A stretch of DNA of 64,000 nt, from assembly GCF_963921235.1 (NCBI RefSeq), contig NC_086097.1, positions 8,308,001 through 8,372,000 on the forward strand, written 5' to 3'. Each line of letters starts with the position of its first letter. Position 1 is the stretch's first letter. Source of the DNA: Mobula hypostoma. Its lineage: Eukaryota. The notes beneath the pieces were generated by a model that was not told the origin of the DNA, made no database searches, and was given only the letters and a program-made list of their open reading frames with translations. Positions 62,681-64,000 of this stretch are shown piece after piece. The translations under genes and the position numbers were made by a program.

Positions 62681-64000
62681 ACACTGATGTGAATCTGCAA
62701 AAAGAACAAGCTTGTGTATGTTTAATCTGTTTCACCTGCCTTAAAGTGTTACGTTTTAATTTGTTGATGTTCTGATTAGTCTCACGACCTGACACATTCC
62801 TTGGAATCCATACTTGATTTATATGTTGACCATCCATGGGTTAACTACTCCCATTAGACAAACTGCTTGCTAATTTCACTTTCCATCTTGATCACAGTAT
62901 TTTTCACACCGCCATGTCTTCAGCTCTTATTTTCCTTCTTTATCCCACACTGACCTTATTTGTACTGTGGTCGCTGTTTGCCAGTTAGTCGCTCACCTAT
63001 TTGCTCCTTTTCATTACTCAGAGTCAAGTCAGACATCATTTCCTTCCTTGTTCAAGCAAAACAGCCTTGAGAACTCTGCATACAGTACTTCCCCTTTCTC
63101 ATTATTTTCTTGAAATCAGAATCAGAATCGGGTTTAATATCACAAGCATATGTTGTGGCAGTAGTACTTTGCAATATATAATAATAAAAATCAATAAATT
63201 ATATCCATAAATAAGCTCCCACAACTTATTAAATGCTCCCAATGGCATACTTCTGAAATAGCCTCTGACAACTAAGTCCAGCTCCTGGTCTTCACGTGTA
63301 TCTTAGCTACTAAGCCCAGTTGAACCATTTCTTCTGACAGGAAAAGAGACAATGGTGGGTTACTGACATCTTAACCAGTTGCTTAGGGTAGATGAGAGTC
63401 AACATCTGCGGTTGGCAGCTCATCTAGAAACATAGAAACATAGAAAACCTACAGCACAATACAGGCCCTTCTGCCCACAATGCTGTGCTGAACATGTACT
63501 TACTTTAGAAATTACCTAGGGTTACTCATAGCCCTCTATTTTTCTAAGCTCCATGTACCTATCCAGGAGTCTCTAAAAAGACCCTATCATATCTGCCTCC
63601 AACACTGTTGCCGGCAGCCCACTCCACGTACTCACCACCCTCTGCGTAAAAAAACTTACTCATGACATCTCCTCTGTACCTACTTCCAAGCACCTTAAAA
63701 CTGTGCCCTCTAGGGGAAGAAAAACTGATGTCAAACCTCCACTGGCTTTGCAGCTATTCCCATTCATGGATATAGCTTTAGGATCAACCCCAAGGAAAAA
63801 TCTAGAGTCCAAAAGGTAGAGTTCAATGCTGACTAGCAGCTCCTGCAATGCCACTGGTGCTAAATTGTATCAATCCCTGACATTCCTTTGGATTCATCAG
63901 ATATGTGGAGAGGGGGAATCCTGCTACATGGGCAACAGCCATGGTCAACCCCAACCAATGGAGTGCCTTGATAGTGTACATGAGTTCATTGTCCATTCAG

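Noticed and set aside
62257..62692. Pro/Ser/Leu-rich overlapping ORFs
   Set aside because: A low-complexity pyrimidine tract of the Penelope 3' region, which lacks stop codons by composition.
1..64000. CRISPR arrays, operons or other prokaryotic/viral systems
   Set aside because: No regularly spaced repeat-spacer array or gene-dense coding region; all recurring motifs are dispersed eukaryotic TE fragments.

Overview
Vertebrate non-coding DNA (intronic or intergenic) that is almost entirely tiled by transposable-element debris. The repeat mix (CR1/HER1-type LINEs with an esterase ORF1, HE1-like V-SINEs, Rex1/Babar LINEs, Penelope-like elements, Tc1 and hAT DNA transposons, solo LTRs) suggests a cartilaginous fish, probably a ray; this is an inference. 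No intact host gene is recognisable, and nearly all ORFs in the track are TE fragments or noise. A few unassigned candidate exons lie in unique sequence. The most notable structure is a dispersed family of about 10-12 Penelope-derived terminal repeats carrying a minimal type I hammerhead ribozyme motif (AGTC-CTGACGA-AGGGTCTCGGCCC-GAAA-CGTC-GACT) whose stem III could only form in a dimer. One copy lies directly 3' of a GIY-YIG endonuclease remnant. Others occur as 100-300 bp insertions with target-site duplications (TSDs), often as asymmetric inverted pairs. The window also holds a four-level nested insertion (Rex > Rex > CR1 > solo LTR) and two R4/Dong-like endonuclease fragments at the same position of a host repeat. 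TE boundaries are read by eye and approximate unless a TSD is quoted.
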